Positions 7,875-18,046 of a stretch of DNA of 48,438 nucleotides are shown one piece after another. The DNA lies in IMG/VR virus record IMGVR_UViG_3300025530_000003. The stretch is one strand, 5' to 3'. Source of the stretch: a virus. How positions within the stretch are numbered: the stretch's first letter is position 1; each line of letters starts with the position of its first letter. The position numbers and the translations under genes were made by a program. The notes under the pieces are model-generated. The model was given only the letters and a program-made list of their open reading frames with translations, ran no database searches and was not told the DNA's origin.

Positions 7875-8888
7875 ATGCCTTACTATAAGCGCATGGATAT
7901 TCAGCCTGTGCAGTTTGTTGATGATGATGGTAACCCAATACAGTTTCCGACAATAGTAGGCGGTAATTCTAAGTCAGAGCTTCGCTATAAAGGCGCCACT
8001 ATCTATTTGGAAAATGGTATCGATTATGAAGCCCGTATTAGTCAACTTGCGGACGACGGATGTAATGCGCTTCAGTTAGTTACTATATCATCGACAGATC
8101 ATGCAACTTCTAATGTTGTTAGTCGGTTATTTACTGATCAACAGTATCAAGATGTTATTGATATTGCAAAATCCAAGCGGCTGAAAATAATCATGAAAAA
8201 TCATATCCGTGCAGAAAATCTGTCAGCAGGTTCATCTCCCAATCCAACTGACCCTGAATCTTGGTTCGCAAGTTGGAAAGAAAGGTTGCTTGAATATGCT
8301 GAGTTGGCTCAGAAAAATGCGATTGAGCAATTTTACATCAGCAACGAGTTTTATCGGATAACCACTCCGCCGTACTATGATTATTGGGCGGATATTGTGA
8401 CGGAAGTTCGTCGTGTTTACAATGGCGAAATCGCCTGTGCGTTGGGTGCAGTTTATGATGAGGACTTGACGGCGACGCATCTTCCACTTCTTGATGTCAT
8501 TGGATTTAACCTATATCCGAAGTTGTCGCTCGATGGTGTAAATGCGACAGTTGAGCAACTTAAAGCACGATGGTATTGCGACTTGCATCGTGTTAACTGG
8601 TTTGATCGACTGCTTCGGGTAAAAGAGATGTTTGGAAAACCGGTTCTTGTGTCCGAAGTCGGTTGTGTACCGAAAATCGGCGCCCTGTACATCCCATCCA
8701 TGTACGAGTGGACAGAGTTTGATGAGGATACACAACGTAAATTTTACGAAGCGGCGTTAAGTGTTTTGCTAAATAACAACATTATCGAAGGATTCTTTTT
8801 CTGGGGGCTGAACGGCTCTTTCAGGTATCAGTCAAATCCTTCAGTTGTTCAAGTCGTCCGCAAATATCTTAAAGGAGGGGTCGTATGA
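7875..8888 (+). CDS. Putative TIM-barrel glycoside hydrolase (clan GH-A-like); candidate virion-associated polysaccharide depolymerase
   Basis: An NE pair in FYISNEFYR and a later VLVSEVGC glutamate have the spacing typical of the acid/base and nucleophile in (beta/alpha)8 glycosidases. Confidence 0.45.
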   Translation: MPYYKRMDIQPVQFVDDDGNPIQFPTIVGGNSKSELRYKGATIYLENGIDYEARISQLADDGCNALQLVTISSTDHATSNVVSRLFTDQQYQDVIDIAKSKRLKIIMKNHIRAENLSAGSSPNPTDPESWFASWKERLLEYAELAQKNAIEQFYISNEFYRITTPPYYDYWADIVTEVRRVYNGEIACALGAVYDEDLTATHLPLLDVIGFNLYPKLSLDGVNATVEQLKARWYCDLHRVNWFDRLLRVKEMFGKPVLVSEVGCVPKIGALYIPSMYEWTEFDEDTQRKFYEAALSVLLNNNIIEGFFFWGLNGSFRYQSNPSVVQVVRKYLKGGVV

Positions 8889-10363
8889 TGACAGACTTAC
8901 CTGTAGGGTCTACTATAGGCGGCGTGAAGATCGTGACGGAAGGCTCGCTCGGACAGCTTGTAGCATCGACAGCGACATATTCGACGCGATTAATTTATCC
9001 GACGGACAATCGCAACAAGTGGACAAAGTTGGCTGACATCAAGATCGGTCGTGATAATGGGTATGCGTCCGGCGAGATCGCGTTTATGGGCGGATATAAT
9101 CAGACTATTACCAAGACGCAGAGAGGTAAAATCCGGTTTCGGATTAAAGTCATAAAACCGGGACAGTCCGATTATATGATTGAGCTTTATCTCTCGGACT
9201 ATAAACTCATTCGCCCATCGGATGTGGCAATTGTCGTCACATCAAATACGTCAGGTACGCCTTACGGTCTATTTGAAGCCGGGCTATACTTACGGACTCG
9301 TGATTATCACGACCGGATTTACTTTAGCGGTCAGCAGATCGCTCAGTTTGAGTCTCAGGTGACGCTACTTAACGATCAGCCGTGGGAGGATAATCTACCT
9401 GCGGGGGATGTTCGATATGCGGCAGAAGATATTGTCGAATCGTTTCTGTCTGCGAACACTTATGGGACGCCTAACCGCTGGGCGCGAATCGGTATTGCCC
9501 GGTTGTTCTCGGACGCAAAGGCTATTCACGCCCGATTCGGATTCGCGACTGGATTCGGCTCAGGGTCTGATTCCGCTGTCGGCGAAGTCGAGATCAGACT
9601 TCGGAGCCGTACGACATCGCCGACTATCATCGGCGAGATCATTGTCCACAATTACAATCTGCCCATCATTAGCGGTAACTTGAGCATTATTCAACCGTCG
9701 CAGTTTGTCGGTGTCATCACGTCGGAAGATACCACTGCCGGCGGTGGAACCGTCGAACTGTTTGTCCAAATCCCGTATTCCAGCGAACGGATTGAAATTT
9801 TCCCGATTTATAATTCATCAACAGAAACAGACCATCGTGGAATCATTGAATGGCGGGATCAGCTTAACGAATCGCTTGTAAACGATCTGCCTACTGGTAC
9901 ACAGATTGTCGGACGCGCGGCGGATGCTTATCAGCATCGCATATTTGCCAACGGCATCAAACTCAACCCATTATCTGTACAGCCCAACACACCATTGCGA
10001 AGCACTGGGCTATTAGCTGTGGCGAATGGCAAATCTTCTGGTGGGTGGAATCCGCTCAGTATATCTGGTAACGATTCTTATCTTGTTACACACAACGGTT
10101 CGGATTATCAAATGGTGTTTTTTGGTAGAGCCTTTACTCGCACCATTAACGCTGACGGAGAGTCAACATCGTATCAGACAACACATGGAATTGGTAAGAC
10201 TCCATTCAACGTTCAGGTAACACCGCGAAACATTGCCGCACGTCAAGCGGGAAGTTTTTCAGTTAGTTACGACTCTTCAGCAGTTACACTTACCTTCGAC
10301 AATCCGCCGACGGGCAGTTTACAATATGATATTTTGGTAATTTCTCTTGGAGGGGAAGTGTAA
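8885..10363 (+). CDS. Virion structural protein (tail or adaptor-associated, unknown family)
   Basis: 492-aa beta-rich ORF translationally coupled to neighbouring genes in the structural operon. Confidence 0.5.
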   Translation: MMTDLPVGSTIGGVKIVTEGSLGQLVASTATYSTRLIYPTDNRNKWTKLADIKIGRDNGYASGEIAFMGGYNQTITKTQRGKIRFRIKVIKPGQSDYMIELYLSDYKLIRPSDVAIVVTSNTSGTPYGLFEAGLYLRTRDYHDRIYFSGQQIAQFESQVTLLNDQPWEDNLPAGDVRYAAEDIVESFLSANTYGTPNRWARIGIARLFSDAKAIHARFGFATGFGSGSDSAVGEVEIRLRSRTTSPTIIGEIIVHNYNLPIISGNLSIIQPSQFVGVITSEDTTAGGGTVELFVQIPYSSERIEIFPIYNSSTETDHRGIIEWRDQLNESLVNDLPTGTQIVGRAADAYQHRIFANGIKLNPLSVQPNTPLRSTGLLAVANGKSSGGWNPLSISGNDSYLVTHNGSDYQMVFFGRAFTRTINADGESTSYQTTHGIGKTPFNVQVTPRNIAARQAGSFSVSYDSSAVTLTFDNPPTGSLQYDILVISLGGEV

Positions 10364-10368
10364 AGAAG

Positions 10369-10938
10369 ATGAATCTTGCAACAATGATCCGCATGGTTAA
10401 TGCATATGTTGATGACATTATTGACAATCAAGATATTGTCATGCTGCTCAACGATGGGAAAGATTTGATGGCATCCGAAGTTCGATGCAAGTTTCCGGAC
10501 ATTGAACTGACAGGTGATCTTTCAGATACTTTCGTTTTTGATGAGCAGTATCATAGACTTCCTGTACTTTACGCATCAGCAATGATCAAAGCGCAGGATT
10601 CGTCAATAGGTGAAAAGAATAGTTTTATGCAACAGTTTTACGACGGTCTCGCAACTTTCAAGGTTCATTATGATCCTCCAGCAGAGTACTGGGATCGCCC
10701 AAATTGCCAACAATTCATTGCAGAAGAAGGTCAGAAAAAGTTTGAGGTCACAAAGGAAGATTTTCATCCGGTGCGAAGTAAAGTAAATGTTTACGTTAAT
10801 AGTCAAAGGGTCTATGATTATAGCAAATATCTTGGTACAATATTCCTAGATAATATTGCTGAAGGGGATCGGGTCACAATCTCTTGGCATACTGACCCAA
10901 TTATGGTGAATCGTCCATTATATTATGTAGGATGGTGA
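10369..10938 (+). CDS. Putative head-tail adaptor or tail tubular protein A-like protein
   Basis: 189 aa, positioned before a large tail protein. The assignment rests on order and size only. Confidence 0.35.
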   Translation: MNLATMIRMVNAYVDDIIDNQDIVMLLNDGKDLMASEVRCKFPDIELTGDLSDTFVFDEQYHRLPVLYASAMIKAQDSSIGEKNSFMQQFYDGLATFKVHYDPPAEYWDRPNCQQFIAEEGQKKFEVTKEDFHPVRSKVNVYVNSQRVYDYSKYLGTIFLDNIAEGDRVTISWHTDPIMVNRPLYYVGW

Positions 10939-10945
10939 AAGGTAA

Positions 10946-12928
10946 ATGGCACGTCAAAATATAAGACACAATCCGGCAGAAAAGTTATTTGAAGCGTTCA
11001 TGGATTTTTCGGGAGGACTCAACACGGAAATCACGAACGAAAAACTTATGGAAAATGAGTTCCCTGTTTGTGTTAACGTTGATCTGTCCGGACGATCTTC
11101 AGCTAGACTTCGCTACGGACGACGTGCCATTGCCACATGTTCCGGAAACACTCAAGGTGCCTTTTTCTATTACAGACATTCAGAAGAATATCCGGATATT
11201 ATTATGGCAGTGAACGGTCAACTGTTTGTTAAAGAGAATGACAGTAGCACATTTTCCAAGATAACAATATACGATTCCAATGGTGATGAATTTACTTTCC
11301 AGACATCAAGAACGGTAGAAGCTATTCAATACCGACATGTGATGTTTGTTGCTACTGGAACCAGACTAGTTGAACTTGAATATGACAGTGGTTGGAAGGC
11401 AAAAGTCGTAGAACCTTATACACCTACCGTTATGGAAGCGATCTATATAGGTACCAACGGACTTGCTGACAATCCTGATGAGTATATACAAGACGGTGTT
11501 TCTCCAACTCAAAATGTTGAAGCTATCGGTATCAAGCCGCAGTACCGGACAGCAGCGAAGAATGTTCCAATCACGATGACCGCTTATATTAACCGACCTT
11601 CGGGCTATACAGACCCGGTTGAGTATAAATGGGAATATAAGCGTTCTTCAGATACCGAATGGGAAGAAATTACGAACTTTGAAGCGGATAAAAGGACAGT
11701 CGAAATTTCTTTTGACACGGCAACGAATTATGATATTCGTGTTACCGTGCGAAAAGAGAACGATTCAAATGATATTCAACCGACACAGGTTTATGTGTTG
11801 ACAGGATACATTGTAAAAGATGTTGAAGATCGTACAAGCGTCATGCCTGTTTCCGGTATCCATACATGTAACAGAATCGTTCTTCACTGGGATCGGGTAC
11901 TTCTGTACGGAGATACAGAGAATCCCTTCCAGATGTACATTTCCGATCTTCAAAATGCAAGATATTTCCCGGTATCGAATACGATCAACTTCGATACAGG
12001 CAAGCAAGAACCAATCACAACGGCTGTTCGATTCCAAAATATGCTAGTTGTTTTCACGAAAACGACAATCCAGACACTTGTCGGAAAATCAACAGAGGAT
12101 TATGAACGCTATCAAATTCATGACGGAATTGGGTGTATCGCTGGATGGTCAGCGAAAGTTGTCGGAAACTATATTATATTTTTGTCGCATGAAGGTGTAC
12201 ATGCCTTGCGTCCAAACCCGTATCGTCTGGACACTATGAATGTTAATCGGGTAGACGCACAGATTAAGTCTGAAATGCCGACTGATGAAAATGCGTGTGC
12301 AGTTGTGACGGACTCTCAATACTGGTTGGCATTCCCTGATCGAAAAACAATTTATCGATACTACTATGAACAAGGGGTATGGGTAAAGGATCAGTCGGAA
12401 AATCTGGACATTATTCAGTTCCTTCTCTATGGAGAAGATGCGTATAACGTTACCAAAAACGGCAACCTGTATATACACGATAGAGAAGTTTACACGGATG
12501 CAGGGGTTGAATACGATTTGGACATCGAGACAAAACTTCTCGATCTTTCAGCTTCGTTCAACTACAAGAAATTGAAGCGTATTTACATTCTTGCAAGACA
12601 TTTCCCACTACATGATGTTCAGATGTATGTTACTGTTCAAGCTGATTCTTCGATCGTACTGTCGCCTGATTCCGGCGAAGTTGTTATCGACGATCAAGGG
12701 AAAGTTGAATGGGTGCATAAAACAGAGCCGAATTTCGAGTTTTACACAGGAACGGTTCTAGGCGCTTGGGTTATGGGACAATCCGCTTTCGGTCATCTCA
12801 CACTATCGGTTCAACGGGCAACGATCCGGGGTAAATGTAGACGGGTGAAGGTAAGGTTCCGTGGCGGTGCTGGAAAAGAGTTCGAGTTGTTTGGTTTTGG
12901 ACTTGAATTCAAACTCAAAAAACCGTAA
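10946..12928 (+). CDS. Large tail structural protein (tail tubular B or nozzle-like) with an Ig-like insertion
   Basis: 660 aa and beta-rich, with an Ig/PKD-like segment (YKWEYKRSSDTEWEEITNF...IRVTVRKEND). Confidence 0.45.
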   Translation: MARQNIRHNPAEKLFEAFMDFSGGLNTEITNEKLMENEFPVCVNVDLSGRSSARLRYGRRAIATCSGNTQGAFFYYRHSEEYPDIIMAVNGQLFVKENDSSTFSKITIYDSNGDEFTFQTSRTVEAIQYRHVMFVATGTRLVELEYDSGWKAKVVEPYTPTVMEAIYIGTNGLADNPDEYIQDGVSPTQNVEAIGIKPQYRTAAKNVPITMTAYINRPSGYTDPVEYKWEYKRSSDTEWEEITNFEADKRTVEISFDTATNYDIRVTVRKENDSNDIQPTQVYVLTGYIVKDVEDRTSVMPVSGIHTCNRIVLHWDRVLLYGDTENPFQMYISDLQNARYFPVSNTINFDTGKQEPITTAVRFQNMLVVFTKTTIQTLVGKSTEDYERYQIHDGIGCIAGWSAKVVGNYIIFLSHEGVHALRPNPYRLDTMNVNRVDAQIKSEMPTDENACAVVTDSQYWLAFPDRKTIYRYYYEQGVWVKDQSENLDIIQFLLYGEDAYNVTKNGNLYIHDREVYTDAGVEYDLDIETKLLDLSASFNYKKLKRIYILARHFPLHDVQMYVTVQADSSIVLSPDSGEVVIDDQGKVEWVHKTEPNFEFYTGTVLGAWVMGQSAFGHLTLSVQRATIRGKCRRVKVRFRGGAGKEFELFGFGLEFKLKKP

Positions 12929-12935
12929 GGGGTGA

Positions 12936-15875
12936 ATGTTAATGGGACGTGTAAATCCCGAATCTATGAAAGATTGGAAAGACGGAGATATTGTTATGGC
13001 TGCGGACTACAAGCAAGAGAGAGAACTCTTGCGTGTAGCTATTAACGATAACTTCGACCGTTTGATCAAAAAGTTCATTGCAGTTAATCGCAACGGTAGT
13101 GTAAAAACTACGACAGATTTGAATACAGCGCTTAATGAACTTCGTTTCAGAGAAGGCGACAACGTTATTTTATCGATGGACAAAGATACGGCAACTTTGA
13201 CAATTTCTGTCGAATATGGTCAAGGAAGTGTTGATACTCCAGCACTGAAAGACGGTTCAGTTGTCCGTGCGAAGATTGCAAACGGTGCTGTCCACGTTGA
13301 AAAGATCGCTGACGGTGCGGTTACTGAAGCAAAGATTGCGAACAATGCTGTTACGACAAGCAAGATTGCGAACAATTCTGTGACAAACGCAAAGATTGCG
13401 AACCAGTCTGTAACAACAGAAAAGATTCAAACAGGCGCACTTGATGGGCGCTATTACACGAAGCAAGAAGTCAACGCTCAACTCGCACAAAAAACTGATC
13501 GCACAGGTGACCATCAAGGAACTTGGCATGGTCTCCGGGTGGAAGATATTGACCCTGAAGGATTCGATGCTGCACGAATTACGGCTCTTGAAAGAAAGCT
13601 GAACGAGAGTGATGTTCGGGACATTCAATTGAATCGAGGACTTCAGATTGTCGAAGCTGATGAAGTGTCCCCTCTTCATTTGATAAAAGTGGAAGGTAAA
13701 ACAGTTATTAATATTTTACCTAACTTTAACAGTTGGACTGTAGAACAACCTAATTACGTTAATATCGATAGTCCAGCAAAAATGACAGTTCAACCGTTCG
13801 GCAATATGGTTGCACATATAAGTATACCTGTTAAGAAGGGGGCGTGGTATACTGTTTTTGGTAAAATTAAAGACCCAAGCCTTCTGGCTTCATTAAATGT
13901 TTTGAGTCCTCTTAATATTGCAAAATTAGATCAAAATACACAATCAGCAATATTTCAAGCACCAAACGATAGTTCATCTTTAGTAGTTACTATTTCAGGA
14001 AGTAATTCTAGTGAATCTGTTTTTGAAAATATTTGCATTGTTGAAGGTATTTATACAGATTTAGAGTTCGTTGAAGGTATTAAAAACTTGCGTGGATTGT
14101 ATGTAAAACGGTATGGGAAGAATCTTCTTCCGCCGTTTTACATGTGGGAGACCCTTTTGTCAGGAGAATTCCAAATTAACGAACCTTACAATGTAAGAAT
14201 ACAATCCTCTAACACTTTTAGGTTTATGCAAACGTTTGTAAATGTAGTGCCGGGGCAAGTGTACACACTATCCTACCAACTTTCTTCGGGTAGGTTTCAA
14301 GTAATTTCTGTGAATGACGATGGTAGTTTAGGTTCGTTACTGATAGAGTTAGGGGGAGATACAAGTTCTACAAGCGGCTCGTTCACAATTCCCGCAGGAA
14401 TTAACCGCATCTGTGTTCGGATAACTAATCATATTGCAGGTATCTGTATATGGTCTAAACCGATGCTTAATGTAGGTTCAGAACCATTACCCTTTGAGCC
14501 GCAGAATAACGACTACCTGTATGCAGATGTGGAGTTAGCTTCTAACCAAAATGCAACAGTGAGGGACGTTCTCGAATATAGAGACGGACGTTATTGGAAA
14601 GTAAAGCGATTCAATCAGGTTGTATTGGATGGTAGTTTGGATTGGGAATTTGCCACTAATTATACGATGTTTAAGTCTGTTCGTATTATTGATGTATCGT
14701 CTGTACTTGGGCAGTTTGTAAGCCATAGCCAATCCGCTACTCGATATGATGGATTGATTTTAAATAGTATACCTTCAGGGTTCAATAATCCTGCCCAAGT
14801 TATTCTTCGTGATATTGATGACACGCTTTTTATCACAGTTTCGAATGCTCATGCAGGATGGGTTTCTGACGTAAATCCAAATTCAAACGCTATCAAAGCC
14901 CTTATGAACGGTTGGAAAGCGACAGCAAATAACGGAACAGTCTATACTGCTTGGGAATCCATCCTAGACCCGTCCGAGACAAGAACGAATGAAAATTATG
15001 TCGCCAATTACAAAGCTACTGGATGGACAGGTTGGGCAACGTTACAATATCAGCTTGCGGAGCCTGTAATAGAAGATGTGACTGATAAAGTGCATGGTTC
15101 TATCAGCCTTCTATCAGGTAAAAATGCGATAGAAGTTGGGGAAGCTATGCTTGTGAATGAGATTGCCACACCATATACGCATATCAATGGAAATACGTAT
15201 ATAAACAACACTTGGGATAGTAACCTTTCGACAAGTAAATTGAATTACAGGTTGGAACAGTTCTTGCAGATAAGAAGGAATGGAAATGTTGATAGCATGT
15301 GGGAGTATATTGTATCTCCAGCCTCATTCGGTAGAGTTCATGCATGTATACCAACATCTGACTACGATCCATCCGCAACTTACACCGTCACATATCTTGC
15401 AGAGCCGTGGCAATTATCGTCCTCGGTACAGTCGGTCGCTGTGCAGTATGGTGCAAACGTCAAAACAGCACTTGATCGTACCATTCAAGACGTTGCGGAC
15501 TTGAAAACTGTTGTTAATAGCGAAATTCCAGCAAACTTTGCGAGTAAATTTCAAGAGGATTGGATTCGTCCGACACTACTTAATGGATGGTCGAGTGTAG
15601 GTGTGCGAACATTAAGATACTATAAAGATAATTTCGGCATTGTTCATATTGCAGGTTTGATAGGAGGGGGTGTAAACACACCGTCGACACTATTGTTCAC
15701 ACTTCCCGAAGGTTATAGACCAAGAATAAATGTAGGCGCACAAGCACTTACATGGAGTAATGAAACAGATTCTAAGTCAGTTGGTATTACTGTTGATACG
15801 CAGGGTAGGGTAACACTAACACATCAAGCGTTAACTAATATAGAGTTCAATTTTTCAATAAGGGCTAACGGATAA
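12936..15875 (+). CDS. Tail fibre or receptor-binding protein with KIANxAVTxx tandem repeats
   Basis: 979 aa. About five 10-11 residue repeats (KIANGAVHVE KIADGAVTEA KIANNAVTTS KIANNSVTNA KIANQSVTTE) are encoded around 13257-13430. The ATG at 12942 has better RBS spacing. Confidence 0.75.
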   Translation: MLMGRVNPESMKDWKDGDIVMAADYKQERELLRVAINDNFDRLIKKFIAVNRNGSVKTTTDLNTALNELRFREGDNVILSMDKDTATLTISVEYGQGSVDTPALKDGSVVRAKIANGAVHVEKIADGAVTEAKIANNAVTTSKIANNSVTNAKIANQSVTTEKIQTGALDGRYYTKQEVNAQLAQKTDRTGDHQGTWHGLRVEDIDPEGFDAARITALERKLNESDVRDIQLNRGLQIVEADEVSPLHLIKVEGKTVINILPNFNSWTVEQPNYVNIDSPAKMTVQPFGNMVAHISIPVKKGAWYTVFGKIKDPSLLASLNVLSPLNIAKLDQNTQSAIFQAPNDSSSLVVTISGSNSSESVFENICIVEGIYTDLEFVEGIKNLRGLYVKRYGKNLLPPFYMWETLLSGEFQINEPYNVRIQSSNTFRFMQTFVNVVPGQVYTLSYQLSSGRFQVISVNDDGSLGSLLIELGGDTSSTSGSFTIPAGINRICVRITNHIAGICIWSKPMLNVGSEPLPFEPQNNDYLYADVELASNQNATVRDVLEYRDGRYWKVKRFNQVVLDGSLDWEFATNYTMFKSVRIIDVSSVLGQFVSHSQSATRYDGLILNSIPSGFNNPAQVILRDIDDTLFITVSNAHAGWVSDVNPNSNAIKALMNGWKATANNGTVYTAWESILDPSETRTNENYVANYKATGWTGWATLQYQLAEPVIEDVTDKVHGSISLLSGKNAIEVGEAMLVNEIATPYTHINGNTYINNTWDSNLSTSKLNYRLEQFLQIRRNGNVDSMWEYIVSPASFGRVHACIPTSDYDPSATYTVTYLAEPWQLSSSVQSVAVQYGANVKTALDRTIQDVADLKTVVNSEIPANFASKFQEDWIRPTLLNGWSSVGVRTLRYYKDNFGIVHIAGLIGGGVNTPSTLLFTLPEGYRPRINVGAQALTWSNETDSKSVGITVDTQGRVTLTHQALTNIEFNFSIRANG

Positions 15876-15881
15876 GGGAGG

Positions 15882-16238
15882 ATGTCAGCGATGAAGAAGT
15901 TAGCATCGAAAGTAGATTCTTCGGGTGTTTTTATTGAGAACGTTATTGTTGATTTAGGTTTTGGTGAACTGGCGGAGGACATTGTTCTTCAGCCAGTCCC
16001 GGACGGTTTTTTCCGACCAAGGTGGACAGGTGAAGAATGGGTCGAAGGTATGACACAATCTGAAATAGATGCTATCACTAATCAACCTAAACCCGTCAAT
16101 CCTTCAGATGTTTTAGGGGAGCGAATCGTACAACTAGAGATCGAGAACTTACAACTGAAGCGTCAGAATGAAGCGTTGGGTAGTTCGTTAGTTAATATAG
16201 AATTACGATTACTTGGATTAGAAGGAGGTAATGGGTAA
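15882..16238 (+). CDS. XkdW-like or tail-fibre-associated small protein
   Basis: Lies directly upstream of an XkdX-like gene, has a coiled-coil C-terminus, and overlaps the next gene by TAATG. The start may be the ATG at 15891. Confidence 0.45.
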   Translation: MSAMKKLASKVDSSGVFIENVIVDLGFGELAEDIVLQPVPDGFFRPRWTGEEWVEGMTQSEIDAITNQPKPVNPSDVLGERIVQLEIENLQLKRQNEALGSSLVNIELRLLGLEGGNG

Positions 16239-16387
16239 TGTCTATCTTCCCTAACGATTTTGAACGTATTAAGTACTACTACGAACAAGGATGGGCTAGT
16301 AAGGAACAGGTAGGTATGTATGTGTATTTTAATGTAATTACACCAGAAGAATATGAATTGATAGTAGGCGAACCTTACGAACCGTGA
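16238..16387 (+). CDS. xkdX: XkdX-family small protein (49 aa; below the ORF-track length cutoff)
   Basis: My translation is MSIFPNDFERIKYYYEQGWASKEQVGMYVYFNVITPEEYELIVGEPYEP, which is the typical XkdX pattern (YY..GW....V...V..g.IT.eEY..I.G). Confidence 0.6.
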   Translation: MSIFPNDFERIKYYYEQGWASKEQVGMYVYFNVITPEEYELIVGEPYEP

Positions 16388-16409
16388 TATATTATAAGAA
16401 AGGAGGATT

Positions 16410-18032
16410 TTGGCTATGGCAATTCCTGAATGGCAGAGGAAACTGGAACAGTACCGTACAGACCCAACGGCGGCTAGAGCGGAAATTGCACGGGCAAAGA
16501 GCGTATATGATCAAGAACTTGCCGCTTGGCAAGCTGCCGGAAACTCACCACAAAGTTTCCATCAGACGGATCGTGCCAAACAGATTCACACTTGGGCGAA
16601 TCAAGTACGTGAAGCTGCAGGAATCGATTATAGCGATCCGTACTACGGTAATGATCCAAATACTTATATAGGACTGCAACAGCGACAGCCAGCGCCTGTG
16701 ACGCAGCAACCAACCCTTCCGCAACAGCAGGATCAGGAAATGCTGATGTGGCAAGCGATGCAGGAGCAAATGGCGCAACAACAGTCACAAACGGATCAGT
16801 TGATCCGGAGTCTACTTCAGACGATGCAACAAATGTCTGATCCATATAGTAGTCCGGGCTATCAAGCAATGATGGAGCAAGCAAGGCAACAAGCAGAGCG
16901 TGAAGCGCAACAGCGCCGGCAAGCCTTCCAGAACCTTGTTTCGAGTCTGGAAGGTGCACAAGCTTCTGAATTGGACATGCTTAATACCCAACTTGCAACT
17001 TCTCGTCAGAGTTTGGAAGATCGCACATTCCAAGAGTATTTAGCAGCAAGGCAAGCTATGGCGAACCGTGGATTGGCAGGTTCTGGACTTGCTTCAGATC
17101 AAGACACTCGGTTACTTCTTAGTCAAGGTAGGGAACTTGCAAGACTCGGACAGCAGGGACAAGCTATGGCATCTGAAATTATGAGACGTTACGGCAACCA
17201 ATTGTCACAAGCATATCAACAGATGGCATCTTTTAATCAGAGCGACAGGGAAGCCGAACTTCTTCAGCAATTGATGCAATCCGGCAACCAGAACTTGCAG
17301 AACGTAGCGAACCTGTATCTTGATCTGATCGGACATACTATCGGATATGATCGAGTCAAGCCAGCAGACTTGTTAAGATTACAGTTTGACTATGATAAAT
17401 TGTCGAGTGAAGAACAACGGGCATTGATGAAAATGTCTCTTGAAGATAAGAGATTCTATCAGCAACTGAACGCTGAATCTCAAATTGCTTTGGCACGTAT
17501 CCTGTCAGACTACGAAATTAGAATGACGGACATTATGGGAATGGATCAGAACGGTAATCCGACACTGGACGCTTTAAAACTGTCTGAACAGATCAGATCG
17601 AACATGGCGAACGAATCTATTCGTTGGGGACAAATTGAAGTAGATTCCAGACGAGTAGATGAAAATATTAGACAATTTAATGCTGAATTACAATTAAATT
17701 ACGACAAATTGAGAAACTCTCAATGGTCACAACAAGCAGCAAACCTTGTAAATATGGCAAGACTAGAAGGAGATGCTATCTCAATGCTCGTCAAACAGCT
17801 TGAAGCATTACCTTCGACAGCCGGAAATAAGGAAGCAAGACAAGCAATTCAGGAACAGATTTCTGAACATCTGAAAAACTATGCTTCCTACGTTAAGACC
17901 ATCGATGAGTTGACGTATGCCGTAGATTTTGTGGAGGGAGATTCTTCTTCAGTACCTTCGACAAAAACTCCGTCGCTCGACCCGAACGATCTTTTATTGG
18001 AAATGTTTAGGCGGGTTAGATCATCGTACTAA
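16410..18032 (+). CDS. Q-rich coiled-coil virion protein (putative internal or ejection protein)
   Basis: 540 aa, with a strong RBS and long Q/A/L-rich helical segments. It lies downstream of the fibre genes. Confidence 0.4.
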   Translation: MAMAIPEWQRKLEQYRTDPTAARAEIARAKSVYDQELAAWQAAGNSPQSFHQTDRAKQIHTWANQVREAAGIDYSDPYYGNDPNTYIGLQQRQPAPVTQQPTLPQQQDQEMLMWQAMQEQMAQQQSQTDQLIRSLLQTMQQMSDPYSSPGYQAMMEQARQQAEREAQQRRQAFQNLVSSLEGAQASELDMLNTQLATSRQSLEDRTFQEYLAARQAMANRGLAGSGLASDQDTRLLLSQGRELARLGQQGQAMASEIMRRYGNQLSQAYQQMASFNQSDREAELLQQLMQSGNQNLQNVANLYLDLIGHTIGYDRVKPADLLRLQFDYDKLSSEEQRALMKMSLEDKRFYQQLNAESQIALARILSDYEIRMTDIMGMDQNGNPTLDALKLSEQIRSNMANESIRWGQIEVDSRRVDENIRQFNAELQLNYDKLRNSQWSQQAANLVNMARLEGDAISMLVKQLEALPSTAGNKEARQAIQEQISEHLKNYASYVKTIDELTYAVDFVEGDSSSVPSTKTPSLDPNDLLLEMFRRVRSSY

Positions 18033-18046
18033 AGGAGGGATAGCAG

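Noticed and set aside
16410-18032. The 540-aa Q-rich coiled-coil protein as a tape measure protein
   Set aside because: It lies downstream of the fibre and XkdX genes rather than between tail chaperones and baseplate genes, and no tail tube or chaperone genes are present. I kept it as a generic internal virion protein.
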